Assembly: GCA_964473025.1 (NCBI GenBank)
Contig: CAYYMZ010000002.1
Span: forward strand, 3,241 to 67,240
Direction: 5' to 3'
DNA length: 64,000 bases
Source of the DNA: an uncultured Candidatus Saccharibacteria bacterium
Lineage (GTDB): Bacteria > Patescibacteriota > UBA1384 > DTJR01
Positions 19,262 to 28,793 of this stretch are shown here, piece by piece. Both the position numbers and the translations under genes were made by a program. The notes under the pieces are model-generated. The model was not told where the DNA came from. It did no database searches and worked only from the letters and a program-made list of their open reading frames with translations. Each line of letters begins with the position of its first letter. The stretch's first letter is position 1.

Positions 19262-19634
19262 TAAGATATTGCTCTAAGATTATTTTCGCTGCCTGGGAGT
19301 CAACGTTTTCCTTTTTCGCCCCGAGATCGTGAGCATAACTCGTTGAAAAAGATTCCTCAACCATCTCGAAAGGCAGATCAATATATTCTTTTAATTTTCG
19401 AGCAAACTCTTCGCTAAAACATGTCTGGTCCGTCTTAGTTCCTTCTCCACCCAATGGCAAACCGACGATAATTTTTTTAATTTTTTGTTCGTCAATGATT
19501 TTCCTAAGATTGGCAACGAAAGATTCTGAATCGTTAATATCAAACTCGAGAACCGCAAACGCCTCGGCCATAATCCCGTGGGAGATCGCAACCCCCACCC
19601 TCTTTCTCCCCGGGTCTAGGGCAATTAGATTCAC
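19248..19634 (-). CDS. ruvX: RuvX/YqgF pre-16S rRNA nuclease
   Basis: ALD.G.KRVGVA, IVGLP, E.FST, DS.AA.IIL..YL. Confidence 0.92.
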   Translation of the reverse strand: MNLIALDPGRKRVGVAISHGIMAEAFAVLEFDINDSESFVANLRKIIDEQKIKKIIVGLPLGGEGTKTDQTCFSEEFARKLKEYIDLPFEMVEESFSTSYAHDLGAKKENVDSQAAKIILEQYLNENS

Positions 19635-21373
19635 TTTGCGTTATACTCCAAATTTACGTTTATATTTCTAGTTAATGCCGGGGCTAACGGCAAGGAATAG
19701 TTTGGCCAAAGACTGATGCTTTGAACCGTGACACCGGGTATCCCGGTTAGGGAGTTCCTAATAGTTTTAATCGGCTTGAACCGCCATGATTTCTCCAGCT
19801 GAGTTAAATCCATCTTCGGACCAATGTGGCTTTTCAGATTTCCCGCAACTTGCAGTTTGCCTGTATTAATCTGGTTATCTTTAAGGGTAGGTGTAAATAT
19901 ATCCGTACCGGTTAGTAATAATCCCTTGCCTTGCGGTAGCGTTTTCTCGATTGAAGCAACGATGACGTCTTCCAAATCTTGGAGCTTAAAAGCGATGGTG
20001 GTATATTTTGCCTTTGCCTTGGCTGTAAAATCATCTGCTTCGTCTCCTGAATTTTTCGAAGTTGAAAAATTGCTAAGCTCGGTAACTCCGGATCCTTCAA
20101 GAATCATTAAGCCCATGGCGCGATCTGCATCGCTTAGGGCATCGCTCATTTTTTGTTGCTGCAGGTCATCTCTCGCCTTGTCGATATCGCCTTCTGTTAC
20201 AATTTTAATCTTTTTCGTCACCCCGCCAGACGTGGAACCCTCTGCCGTTAAGCCGACTTTGCCTGTAACCGAATAAGTTGTGGATTGCGACATGTTGCCG
20301 TTTGAACCTGGGTTTTTTGCACTAACTGAACCATCCGCCTTACCCAGAGTGATATTGCCCATATTAACCGTTGCTGCCGGAACAACAATTGTGCTATCTA
20401 GCACAAAATCGACACCTGAAGATGACCGGACAACCGTTCCGGCATTAATTGTTTGAGCACTGCCATCATTGTTTTTAAACGACAATGTTCCCTTCGCCTT
20501 CTCCCCTGCGTCCTTTGTGCCCGTTGCTGCATAGGACGAGCTTATTTCCTTTTCTTTTTGAACCTGTACGCCCGGAATGATGCTTTGGTCAAAGTCAATA
20601 ACTGTGCGATCTTTCTCGACCTGAGAGGAGACCTCTTTATCAATTGGCTCAGCGTCTACTAAAAGTTTGATTTCCAGCCGACTAAAGAATAAATCTACCG
20701 CCAAGACAAGCAAGATCACGCCGGTAACAATTGATGAGGTAACGATGATTTTCTTCTTTTTTGACCAACCAGATTTAAGCTGTGGCTTGTGATCGCCAAA
20801 TTTTATCGGGCGTGCGGCCTCAATTTCTTCCCGGTCCGGCGCTGACCCCTTTTGCGTAACCGGTCTTTTAATAAAGTGCTCTGGTTCCTTTTTCTCGACA
20901 CTTTCAGATGGAGCTTCGATCTCTTCGGGCTTCGGGACCTCTTTTTCTTCCGGCTCTCCAATTTCCCCTTCCTTATCTCTCACATCATCATAGCGGTGTA
21001 CTGCAAAGCCGGTGGGCACTTCTTCGGTACCCTCGGGCACTTTTTTGCTCATGTCAATTTCCAGAGGCTCTTTTAGTTCCTCTATTTCTTTATTTCCCGA
21101 AGAAGCAATTGGGGTTTGACTTTTTACGTCAGCGTAAGTTAGCAAGCCAACCTGGGTAGCAAGGTTTCTGCCCACCTCATCTGAAGTGATAAGGGCAATT
21201 TCTTTCTTAAGTTTTTCGGCTTCCTTTTTAAGCAGTTTTAAACTAACTACCGATTGAACGATAGTTGACCCTTTGGGTGCAACCAAGCCAATCGAGGCCG
21301 CCTCAAGCCCCTTAAGTTTATCAACAACCGAAGTTATCTCTTCGTCTGCCTCTAAATACAAAACCTCGTCCAT
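19631..21373 (-). CDS. Membrane-anchored protein with baseplate-J-like beta domain (conserved CPR partner of ftsA-like gene)
   Basis: YLEADEEITSVVDKL N-domain, TM, ATG.K..GEKA.G...F.N, GG..K....VT..DI. Confidence 0.75.
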   Translation of the reverse strand: MDEVLYLEADEEITSVVDKLKGLEAASIGLVAPKGSTIVQSVVSLKLLKKEAEKLKKEIALITSDEVGRNLATQVGLLTYADVKSQTPIASSGNKEIEELKEPLEIDMSKKVPEGTEEVPTGFAVHRYDDVRDKEGEIGEPEEKEVPKPEEIEAPSESVEKKEPEHFIKRPVTQKGSAPDREEIEAARPIKFGDHKPQLKSGWSKKKKIIVTSSIVTGVILLVLAVDLFFSRLEIKLLVDAEPIDKEVSSQVEKDRTVIDFDQSIIPGVQVQKEKEISSSYAATGTKDAGEKAKGTLSFKNNDGSAQTINAGTVVRSSSGVDFVLDSTIVVPAATVNMGNITLGKADGSVSAKNPGSNGNMSQSTTYSVTGKVGLTAEGSTSGGVTKKIKIVTEGDIDKARDDLQQQKMSDALSDADRAMGLMILEGSGVTELSNFSTSKNSGDEADDFTAKAKAKYTTIAFKLQDLEDVIVASIEKTLPQGKGLLLTGTDIFTPTLKDNQINTGKLQVAGNLKSHIGPKMDLTQLEKSWRFKPIKTIRNSLTGIPGVTVQSISLWPNYSLPLAPALTRNINVNLEYNAK

Positions 21374-22630
21374 CTAGCTCCTCAATGTTGAAATTGCTTT
21401 TGATAAAACCCCGTCCATAACCTTTTCCTTGCCAACCATATCTATTGCCAAGTTTGCCAGCGCCATCGGGGTAACGTCTTCGGTCTTTTTTAATTCCCCT
21501 GATTCATCCACCACCGATGTAACATCCTTGGGGCGCAAAAATCCGATAGCGGGTTTTTTAGCAAAAGGAACGGTCTTGGCCCATTTAGCTTCGTTTAATA
21601 CTTTTTCAATTTCCGGGAGGTTACTGCCGCCACCGCAAAGCAAAATTCTCGACGGTAGCAAATCAAGATCCGTAAACTCTTCGAGTGTCAGTTGAACACC
21701 CGCCAGCCACACTTCGCTGTCTTGTGATAAAGCATCCTCGATTTTTTTTCTTTTCTCTTCGGTTAATTTCCCCGATGAATAGTCAATTTTGTCCTGCTCC
21801 GCTTCCAAAAACGACTCACCCAAAACACCTGCAATCCTCTTGGTAAAAGCACGGCCACCTAAGGCAAACATCTTGGTTCCGGCGAGACCACCTTGATTAA
21901 CCACGGCAATATCTGTTGTGCCACCGCCGATGTCGATAAATACGGCGGAGAAATCATTTCCCTGATCTGGTCCCATGCAACGCGCCACAGCGAACGGCTC
22001 GGCCGCAATTGATAATAAATCTAAATCCAAGCTTTCGGCAATCGTCTGGAGTGCCCCTAAATGAACATTTGGAGCAAAGCAGTTAAAAACCGCCACTTCA
22101 ATTTCTTTTCCCTGAAAACCAAGGGGGTTTGTAACGTGATATCCGTCAATTTTGACGTCAACCACCGCAGCATTAACTAGTTTAACATTAATTTCCTTGT
22201 GCCCGGTTTCGTAAGCCAAAATTTTCCGAGCACGTTCAAATGTTTCTTTCTGGATTTTAGCGACAATTTCTTCAAGTTCGCGCAAAGTGATTTTTGCATC
22301 TTGTTCGGGACGGATATATCTGACATGAGAGGTAATGCCTTTTACCAACTCTCCCGCAATTCCGATTATCACTTGTTCAGGCATAATCTTGGCTTGGGTC
22401 GCGGCTTGTTCGAGAGCGACCTCGCAATTGCGGATTACGCCGTAAATATCAGTTACGACACCACCTTGAATGTCGGCTAGCCGCTGCCTCTGTCGTCCTA
22501 CACCTAAAACTTTGGCCTTGTCGTCTTCAACTTTAAAAATCAGCGTTTTTACAAACTCTGTTCCGATATCTAAAGATATGGCGTAGTTATCGAAATTTAC
22601 CTTGCCGCGAAATACATCCAAAAATCCCAA
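21374..22630 (-). CDS. FtsA/MreB-like actin-fold ATPase
   Basis: LDIGTEFVK, AEPFAVA, IDIGGGTTDIA, LCGGGS. Confidence 0.88.
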   Translation of the reverse strand: MGFLDVFRGKVNFDNYAISLDIGTEFVKTLIFKVEDDKAKVLGVGRQRQRLADIQGGVVTDIYGVIRNCEVALEQAATQAKIMPEQVIIGIAGELVKGITSHVRYIRPEQDAKITLRELEEIVAKIQKETFERARKILAYETGHKEINVKLVNAAVVDVKIDGYHVTNPLGFQGKEIEVAVFNCFAPNVHLGALQTIAESLDLDLLSIAAEPFAVARCMGPDQGNDFSAVFIDIGGGTTDIAVVNQGGLAGTKMFALGGRAFTKRIAGVLGESFLEAEQDKIDYSSGKLTEEKRKKIEDALSQDSEVWLAGVQLTLEEFTDLDLLPSRILLCGGGSNLPEIEKVLNEAKWAKTVPFAKKPAIGFLRPKDVTSVVDESGELKKTEDVTPMALANLAIDMVGKEKVMDGVLSKAISTLRS

Positions 22631-22687
22631 GGAATGCCTCCTTCTTACATATTAGCAAATTTAAGAAATAAAATCTCCCTGATAATT

Positions 22688-24562
22688 TTATTCTAAAACA
22701 GCCTTGATCCGTCTGACACCGGAGCTGGATGATTCTTCTTTAATGATTTTAAAACGGCCAAGCTCGGAAGTGTTGTTAGTGTGAGGACCACCGCAAATTT
22801 CCCGACTAAAAGGAGGTTCTGAGCTTGTCGAAGAATTTGGCCCGATTGAATAAACTTTGACATTTTCGGCATACTTTTCATCGAACACACCTATCGCTCC
22901 CGATTTTTTGGCCTCAAATACCGGCATTTTTTCCATCTTCACCGGTATAGTTTCTTTGATTTTTTCGTTTACTATATCTTCAACTTTTTGAATTTGTTCG
23001 TCAGTCAACTTGTCTGGATGAGAAAAATCAAAACGTAGCCGTTCAGAAGTAATGTTCGAACCCTTTTGGAAAACATGATCACCTAAAACCTGGCGCAATG
23101 CCGCAAGAAGCAGGTGGGTGGCAGTATGATATTTTGCCGCTTGTTCGCTGCCGCTTTCAAGACCTCCTTTAAACATTCCGGTCGGCGCGGTTCGAGATTT
23201 TTCTTGGTGGACTTTAAGTTCTTCGCGAAAATTGTGATTATCAACAATCAAATGTTCTTTTTGGGCAATTTCTAAAATCATTTCTTTCGGGAAGCCGAAC
23301 GACTGATACAGGTCAAAAATCTCTTTACCACTTAGGGTCGCTGCTAAAATATCGCCTTTTTTCAAACCAATTGCATCAAGCTCAGGATAACTTTCGTCGG
23401 GATTTTTTAAAAATGCGCTCAAGATTTCCCGCTTGGCATCAAGTTGCATTAACTGATCGTATTTATCTTCGGAAATTGGTTTTTTCTTTTCGATAATTTC
23501 ATCGGCTTTTTTGGAACCGCTTTCAATGGTGTTAAAAAACCTCTCCTCCTCATTTTGAATCAGAGCAATTACATCTTCACGGTCAAAACTTTCATTTGGA
23601 TAGGTAGCAACCGTAGCTTCAACAACCGGTGTTAGTGAAGATTTTATTCCGAGAAGCCAACTATATCTCACAGCGCGCCTTATCAGCCGGCGCAAAATAT
23701 AACCTTGGCCTTTATTCGACGGTTCAATTCCTTCATTTGTAATAAAAGCAGCCGCTTTTATATGATCCAAGACGATCCGCTCGGCAACCGAACCCTCGAT
23801 TTTTAACAACTCGTGCAATTTCTTGTGAGGTTTTTCAAACAGGTCTGTGTGATAAACGTTTTCTACCTTATTCAAAACTGCCACTAATCTGTCGAGCCCC
23901 ATCCCCGTATCAACTCCTTTGAGTTCGGATGCAACGTACTCACCATTTTCAAATTTGTATTCGTTGAAAACAAGGTTCCAAATCTCAACACCATCGATAT
24001 AAAATTCAACGGTTGGACCGCCGGGACTACCCTGTGTCCCCAAAGACCAAAAGGTCTCATCAAAACCGGTTCCTAATATTTTCGAATCCTCCAAGCCCGT
24101 TACTTTCTTTAAAATTTCGTGTGACTCGTGGTCCTCTGAAATTCCCTTGTCACCGGCAAAATAGGTACATGAAATCCGATCTTTCTCGACACCAAGCTCA
24201 GCCGTCAAAAACTCCCACGACATTTCAATCGCTTCTTTTTTAAAATAAGAACCGTCTTTTTCGGGATAGCCGAATGAAAAATTACCGAGCATCTCAAAAA
24301 AGGTTAAGTGGGTTTCGTCGCCAACTTCTTCGATATCACCAGTACGAATACATTTTTGACAAGTTGCAATCGAAGCGGCAGGAGCTTCATCAGGACGATC
24401 ATAAAAGCGCTTGAACTGCTGCATTCCGGCGGTGGTAAACAAAACAGACGGATCGTTTTCGGGTAATAACGAAGAAGAAGGCAGTATTTTGTGCCCCTTC
24501 TTTTCGAAAAATTCTAAAAACTTTTCTCTCAAATTAATTGTTGAGAAATCTGGCGAAGGCAT
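22688..24562 (-). CDS. alaS: Alanine--tRNA ligase (short form, no C-Ala domain)
   Basis: LFTTAGMQQFK, TFFEMLGN, VDTGMGL, HTATHLL, EICGGPH, ends GVRRIKA. Confidence 0.97.
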   Translation of the reverse strand: MPSPDFSTINLREKFLEFFEKKGHKILPSSSLLPENDPSVLFTTAGMQQFKRFYDRPDEAPAASIATCQKCIRTGDIEEVGDETHLTFFEMLGNFSFGYPEKDGSYFKKEAIEMSWEFLTAELGVEKDRISCTYFAGDKGISEDHESHEILKKVTGLEDSKILGTGFDETFWSLGTQGSPGGPTVEFYIDGVEIWNLVFNEYKFENGEYVASELKGVDTGMGLDRLVAVLNKVENVYHTDLFEKPHKKLHELLKIEGSVAERIVLDHIKAAAFITNEGIEPSNKGQGYILRRLIRRAVRYSWLLGIKSSLTPVVEATVATYPNESFDREDVIALIQNEEERFFNTIESGSKKADEIIEKKKPISEDKYDQLMQLDAKREILSAFLKNPDESYPELDAIGLKKGDILAATLSGKEIFDLYQSFGFPKEMILEIAQKEHLIVDNHNFREELKVHQEKSRTAPTGMFKGGLESGSEQAAKYHTATHLLLAALRQVLGDHVFQKGSNITSERLRFDFSHPDKLTDEQIQKVEDIVNEKIKETIPVKMEKMPVFEAKKSGAIGVFDEKYAENVKVYSIGPNSSTSSEPPFSREICGGPHTNNTSELGRFKIIKEESSSSGVRRIKAVLE

Positions 24563-25217
24563 CCTTTATAAATCCCTTCCAAAATGCTTTGGCTTTTTCC
24601 GATGGTTTTTGTATTTCCATTTTTTGCATTACCGGTTGATTCGACCCCGGAATCAACTGAATGGGTCCTGTAAATTTATCTGCATACATTGAAGCGTAAA
24701 CATCGCGTGCAGCCAGAATTTTCGGAGCATAAAGACGTGTTTCGGTTACTAGAACGGAAGAGTCACGAGCAGCTAAATAACGCCTTGCCGCTCCATCGCC
24801 GCCGTTATAGGAGATTAAGGCCGCCGTCCAATCACCGTCATAGTTAGCCATTGCACCCGCCAAATAGGCCGCGCCAACACAAATGCTGGTGTGGGGATCA
24901 AATGGATCGTCTTTTAAGCCCGCGAGCTCTGGTGCGCGCGCCATAAGCCCTCTGTAGGTAGCCGGCATAACCTGAGCCAATCCCATTGCACCGGCACGAG
25001 AAACCGCTCTGGGATTATAATTTGATTCCTTGAGTATTAGGGCCGCTAAAAGTGGTTTATCCAGTCCAAAACGATCGGCACATTCGTTTATTTCATTAAC
25101 ATAATCCAAAGGATAAATATCGTCGGCAAAAATGGCTGGAAAATATCTATAGAACCCGATACCGAAAATCCCGACCACGGCAACCACTAAAACAGTTTGC
25201 ACCATTTTTCTTTTCAT
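24534..25217 (-). CDS. Lytic transglycosylase (SLT domain)
   Basis: I..ES.YNP.AVS.AGA.GL.Q.MP.T, A...YNGG, ET..Y. Confidence 0.93.
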   Translation of the reverse strand: MKRKMVQTVLVVAVVGIFGIGFYRYFPAIFADDIYPLDYVNEINECADRFGLDKPLLAALILKESNYNPRAVSRAGAMGLAQVMPATYRGLMARAPELAGLKDDPFDPHTSICVGAAYLAGAMANYDGDWTAALISYNGGDGAARRYLAARDSSVLVTETRLYAPKILAARDVYASMYADKFTGPIQLIPGSNQPVMQKMEIQKPSEKAKAFWKGFIKDAFARFLNN

Positions 25218-25380
25218 ACACTTATTTTAGACAATTCAAAACAGATATGCAACAGGGGATGAGCTAAAGGTTTAAAGTTAAAGCTAAAAAGTAAAAACCA
25301 TAATTAAAAACTCTTTACAGTAATACTGTTTTATCGACATTTATTGATAAATCACTTTATTTTTGATTAAATTAACTCTT

Positions 25381-25929
25381 ATGAAAATTCGTTCAGTAAA
25401 AGAAAATACGAAACGCAAAGGGGGCGCTCGTCATCTCAAATCGGCTCCGAGGCACGATATCTATTTGATTTTGGATAACATTAGATCGATGTACAACGTC
25501 GGAGCAATATTTAGAACTTGCGATGCTGTCAGGGTTAAAAAAATCTATCTTTGTGGGATGACCGCCACTCCACCCAGAGAGAAAATATTTAAGACCTCGC
25601 TCGGGGCTGTTGATTGGGTCCCCTGGGTTTACAAAAAATCGTCAATTGAAGCAATAAAAGAATTAAAATCTCTCAAAGTACAGATAGTTGCCTTAGAGCA
25701 AACAGATAAAAGTGTCGAATATCGGAATGCCAAATACAAAAAACCGGTTGCAGTTGTAATCGGTCACGAGTTGAGAGGCGTGTCTAAAGAAATCTTAAAA
25801 CAAGCCGACTTACACGTTGAAATACCAATGCACGGTCGTGCAAATAGTTTAAATGTCGCCACGGCGACAGGGATTATTATTTTTGAGGTGCTTTCACGAA
25901 TCATTAAGCAACCCACCAACCGCGGGTAA
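25381..25929 (+). CDS. SpoU/TrmH family RNA methyltransferase
   Basis: LDNIRS.YNVGAIFRT.DA, GHE..GV, IPM.G...SLNVA.A. Confidence 0.93.
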   Translation: MKIRSVKENTKRKGGARHLKSAPRHDIYLILDNIRSMYNVGAIFRTCDAVRVKKIYLCGMTATPPREKIFKTSLGAVDWVPWVYKKSSIEAIKELKSLKVQIVALEQTDKSVEYRNAKYKKPVAVVIGHELRGVSKEILKQADLHVEIPMHGRANSLNVATATGIIIFEVLSRIIKQPTNRG

Positions 25930-27040
25930 ACATTATCGTAAACAGCCCCAACATTGTTAAGAACACGATTGTGATCAGGTCATCGACCCACTTTGTCTTC
26001 CCCCACTTGGCTAAAATTATGTAGAATGGGAAGGCAACAAGAGCCATGCGACTATAAGAAAGCATCGTGCCGCTAAAAAGAGGAGCGAGCAGTACTAAGA
26101 GGGCGTAAAGGATGTAAGAAATCCGAATCTTTTTAAAAGACATAGCGATCGCCAAGATAAAAAGCATGAAGAAGCCCCCGCCCATTAAAGCAGTAATGAA
26201 AGCACCCTCCGGCAAGAATAGATGGAAGGAAAAAATTGTCTTGATTTGATTAAAAAGTTCCTGAAAACCCTGCAAATTAATTCCGCGATGCCAACCAGTT
26301 TGCGCACCAAGAAAAGCAAATCGGTTATTAAGCAATCCACCAAGATAAAGAGAGTAGACAATGATTCCAAGTGGCGCCAAAAATGCTATCATTATCCCCT
26401 GGATTTTTAATTTTGTATTTTTGAGGTTTAATCCTTCGACAAAAAGGGGCACAATAAGGATGATTCCTATCAATCTCGTTGCTGAGGCAGCAATAGCAGA
26501 AAAGGAGGCCCAAAGTGGCTTTTGCAATCTGAAAAAATAAAAACTGAGCAATACAACGAATAAAAACAACGGCTCGCTGTAACCGGTCGCTAGAAAGAAG
26601 CTCATCGGGAAAAATAAAAGGTATTTAACCGATCTAAAAGAGCTTTTGTCGTCTAAGTCAAATCTGGCCAGCTTATACAGAAGGATGCAATCGGATAAAG
26701 TCAGCAAATTTGCCAGAATAAATCCGAGTACTCTTGTATCGCAAAATGAGAAGATTCTCTTAAAACCCTCAATCACTATTGGCCAAAACGGGAAAAAAGC
26801 AGGGGCTTGTGAATTTAATTTATATCCGAAGTCAGCGATTGCTGTATACCAACCGGAATCAAATGGTAGCCACATTGAGAGAATCGGGTGCAGGTCATTA
26901 TAAAAAACCGTTCTTGGGTATGAAGGCAGATTGAAAAAAGCAAAGTAAGCAACTAAGAAAAGTGCTAATCGCCAAGCGATAAATAGGAATATTATTCCGA
27001 GAATTTCGTTATTAAAAAATCTTTTTAGTTTTAAAAACAT
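25904..27040 (-). CDS. GT-C membrane glycosyltransferase (PIG-V/mannosyltransferase-like)
   Basis: DSGWY..IA..GY, AFFP, FP.SFFL...YSE.LF; the ORF's upstream extension overlaps a tRNA, so start set at MFLK. Confidence 0.88.
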   Translation of the reverse strand: MFLKLKRFFNNEILGIIFLFIAWRLALFLVAYFAFFNLPSYPRTVFYNDLHPILSMWLPFDSGWYTAIADFGYKLNSQAPAFFPFWPIVIEGFKRIFSFCDTRVLGFILANLLTLSDCILLYKLARFDLDDKSSFRSVKYLLFFPMSFFLATGYSEPLFLFVVLLSFYFFRLQKPLWASFSAIAASATRLIGIILIVPLFVEGLNLKNTKLKIQGIMIAFLAPLGIIVYSLYLGGLLNNRFAFLGAQTGWHRGINLQGFQELFNQIKTIFSFHLFLPEGAFITALMGGGFFMLFILAIAMSFKKIRISYILYALLVLLAPLFSGTMLSYSRMALVAFPFYIILAKWGKTKWVDDLITIVFLTMLGLFTIMFTRGWWVA

Positions 27041-27124
27041 CTTCTTTGATGCCGCAAATTGCCATGACCTAATTTTGATGATTGTAATTTTTATAACCCT
27101 CCCCCAATGCAACAAAAAGAACGT

Positions 27125-27211
27125 TGGTGCCCGAGGTCGGACTCGAACCGACAAGGCCTTTCGGCCACATGATTTTAAGTCATGCGCGTATACCAGTTCC
27201 GCCACTCGGGC
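27125..27211 (-). tRNA. tRNA-Leu(UAA)
   Basis: gcccgag acceptor stem, catga-CT TAA AA-tcatg, long variable arm, TTCGA, CCA. Confidence 0.96.
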
Positions 27212-27243
27212 TTAGACCCTACCTTAAACATCCTTTCTAAAAC

Positions 27244-27283
27244 GTCCTGAATCTTTTGTATGGGCCAATTCCGCCACTTGGGC
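27244..27283 (-). pseudogene. Decayed 5' fragment of a tRNA-Leu
   Basis: gcccaagtggcggaattgg... with TTCAGGA remnant; no T-arm or 3' acceptor strand. Confidence 0.55.
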
Positions 27284-28201
27284 TCAAAGATCAACAACGA
27301 AACCTGCTGCTTTGCGATGACCACCCCCCTCAAACAATCGCGCAAGCCGCGAAACATCTATCTTGTCTGATTCTGTGCGTAAGCTGGCTTTTATTTTACC
27401 AGTTTCGGTTTCAACGAGCAAGATAGCGATCTTTGTTTGGGGGATAGTATTAATTAAATTAACAATTCCAGAAGCATCATCTTCGGTTGCGCCGCACAAC
27501 TTAAGGTCAGATCTTGAAAGATAGGTTAATACTATTCCACCCTCCTTAACACGCATCTTTTTTAATGCAATGCCCCATAATTTCAATGTGGATGATTTGC
27601 GAGAAAAACTAAGGTTTTGCGAAACAAGGCCTATCCTACCACCTAGACGGAGACACTCGGAAGCAATTTTAAGCGTTTCGACGGTAACGTTGGGATGCTG
27701 AAATCCTCCGGTATCATAGTAAATTCCCGCTAAAATATAAGTGGCCATTCTCGCGTCTATATTTGCGTTCATGTATTTCAAAAGCTTAAAAACAATCTCT
27801 GCCGCAGCAGAAGCACGATCGTCTACCAAGTTAACTTTAGAGATTTTATGTAGATTATTTCTTAGATGGTGGTCAATATTGATTAATGGCTTGGTTTTAC
27901 AAACCTGCTCCAACCGAACGGGGAAGCCGGTTCGGTTAGCATCACCGCAATCAATTGCAAAAATCAGATCATAGTCCCCAAGCAGAAAATCATTTTTAAT
28001 TTCAGAAATACCGGGTAAAAAATTAAAAACGGGAGGGATTCCCTCCTTGACCGCGCAATCAACTTTTTTTCCGATTCCCTTCAGGTAATCGCAGAGAGCT
28101 AAGGACGATGAAATGGTGTCGCCATCGGGAAAGCTATGAAGGAGAATCAAAATGTTCTGCGAGCTTGTAATGAGTACTTTAATCTCTTCAAACTTCTGCA
28201 T
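27284..28201 (-). CDS. nrnA: Bifunctional oligoribonuclease/PAP phosphatase NrnA (DHH/DHHA1)
   Basis: H..PDGD, IDHH, DTGGF, GGGH.KAAG. Confidence 0.92.
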   Translation of the reverse strand: MQKFEEIKVLITSSQNILILLHSFPDGDTISSSLALCDYLKGIGKKVDCAVKEGIPPVFNFLPGISEIKNDFLLGDYDLIFAIDCGDANRTGFPVRLEQVCKTKPLINIDHHLRNNLHKISKVNLVDDRASAAAEIVFKLLKYMNANIDARMATYILAGIYYDTGGFQHPNVTVETLKIASECLRLGGRIGLVSQNLSFSRKSSTLKLWGIALKKMRVKEGGIVLTYLSRSDLKLCGATEDDASGIVNLINTIPQTKIAILLVETETGKIKASLRTESDKIDVSRLARLFEGGGHRKAAGFVVDL

Positions 28202-28661
28202 TGGCAATTTCAACAAAGTACGCCTCTTCTTCCGATTCTGCCTCCGCCTTTGTTATTTTAATTTGCTCTTCCTCCTTAAACGAAACACCATTTTTCTTCA
28301 AATCTTCTTTTGAACTTAAAGCGCCAGCATAAACAACAATTTTTGGTTCAATTTGTCCCACCTGTTCAACTGCTTCGCGGATATTACCATCAAGGCGAAC
28401 AACTAAAACTTCTGCGTTCGATAGCCTCTCGATGTCTTCTTTGGCAATTTTACCCTTAAAGCTGACAAACCCGAGGGTTAAATCCTCAAACTGAAAAATA
28501 TAGGTATTATCGTCAATTCCCTGAATGGACACGCCACCGGCTTCGTATTCTCCAGATCCCTCCAGCTCAAGATCGTTGACCATTATTTTATTGTCGAAGA
28601 CGATTAGGGCCGTTTTGGTTTTAATCTCTAGCTCGGATGACTTATTTTTTTGAATAATCAT
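28188..28661 (-). CDS. Hypothetical protein resembling a degenerate MBL-fold hydrolase
   Basis: G.GEYE.GGVSI.GI, Q.EPKIV motif; no metal-binding His seen. Confidence 0.6.
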   Translation of the reverse strand: MIIQKNKSSELEIKTKTALIVFDNKIMVNDLELEGSGEYEAGGVSIQGIDDNTYIFQFEDLTLGFVSFKGKIAKEDIERLSNAEVLVVRLDGNIREAVEQVGQIEPKIVVYAGALSSKEDLKKNGVSFKEEEQIKITKAEAESEEEAYFVEIANAEV

Positions 28662-28734
28662 TATTGTTCTCCTTAGATATTTGACTTGGTTTATCATCAT
28701 ATCAGAAAAAGGGTAATTTATCAATAAAAAAATA

Positions 28735-28760
28735 AGGGGGGAGGCCGGCTGGCCTCCCCC
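28735..28760 (-). terminator. Intrinsic terminator of the PHP-domain gene
   Basis: gggggaggcc-loop-ggcctccccc followed by a U-tract on the minus strand. Confidence 0.75.
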
Positions 28761-28793
28761 ATGTACACCTATCGGTGTTGGATCAACGTCGAG

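Noticed and set aside
19631-21373. Prophage suggested by the baseplate-J-like domain
   Set aside because: No other phage genes; embedded in a housekeeping operon.
22688-24562. alaS truncated as a pseudogene
   Set aside because: Catalytic and editing motifs are intact with a clean stop; short AlaRS lacking C-Ala is, to my knowledge, usual in CPR.
27041-27205. N-terminal extension of the GT-C ORF
   Set aside because: It overlaps tRNA-Leu(UAA); the start is more plausibly at 27040.
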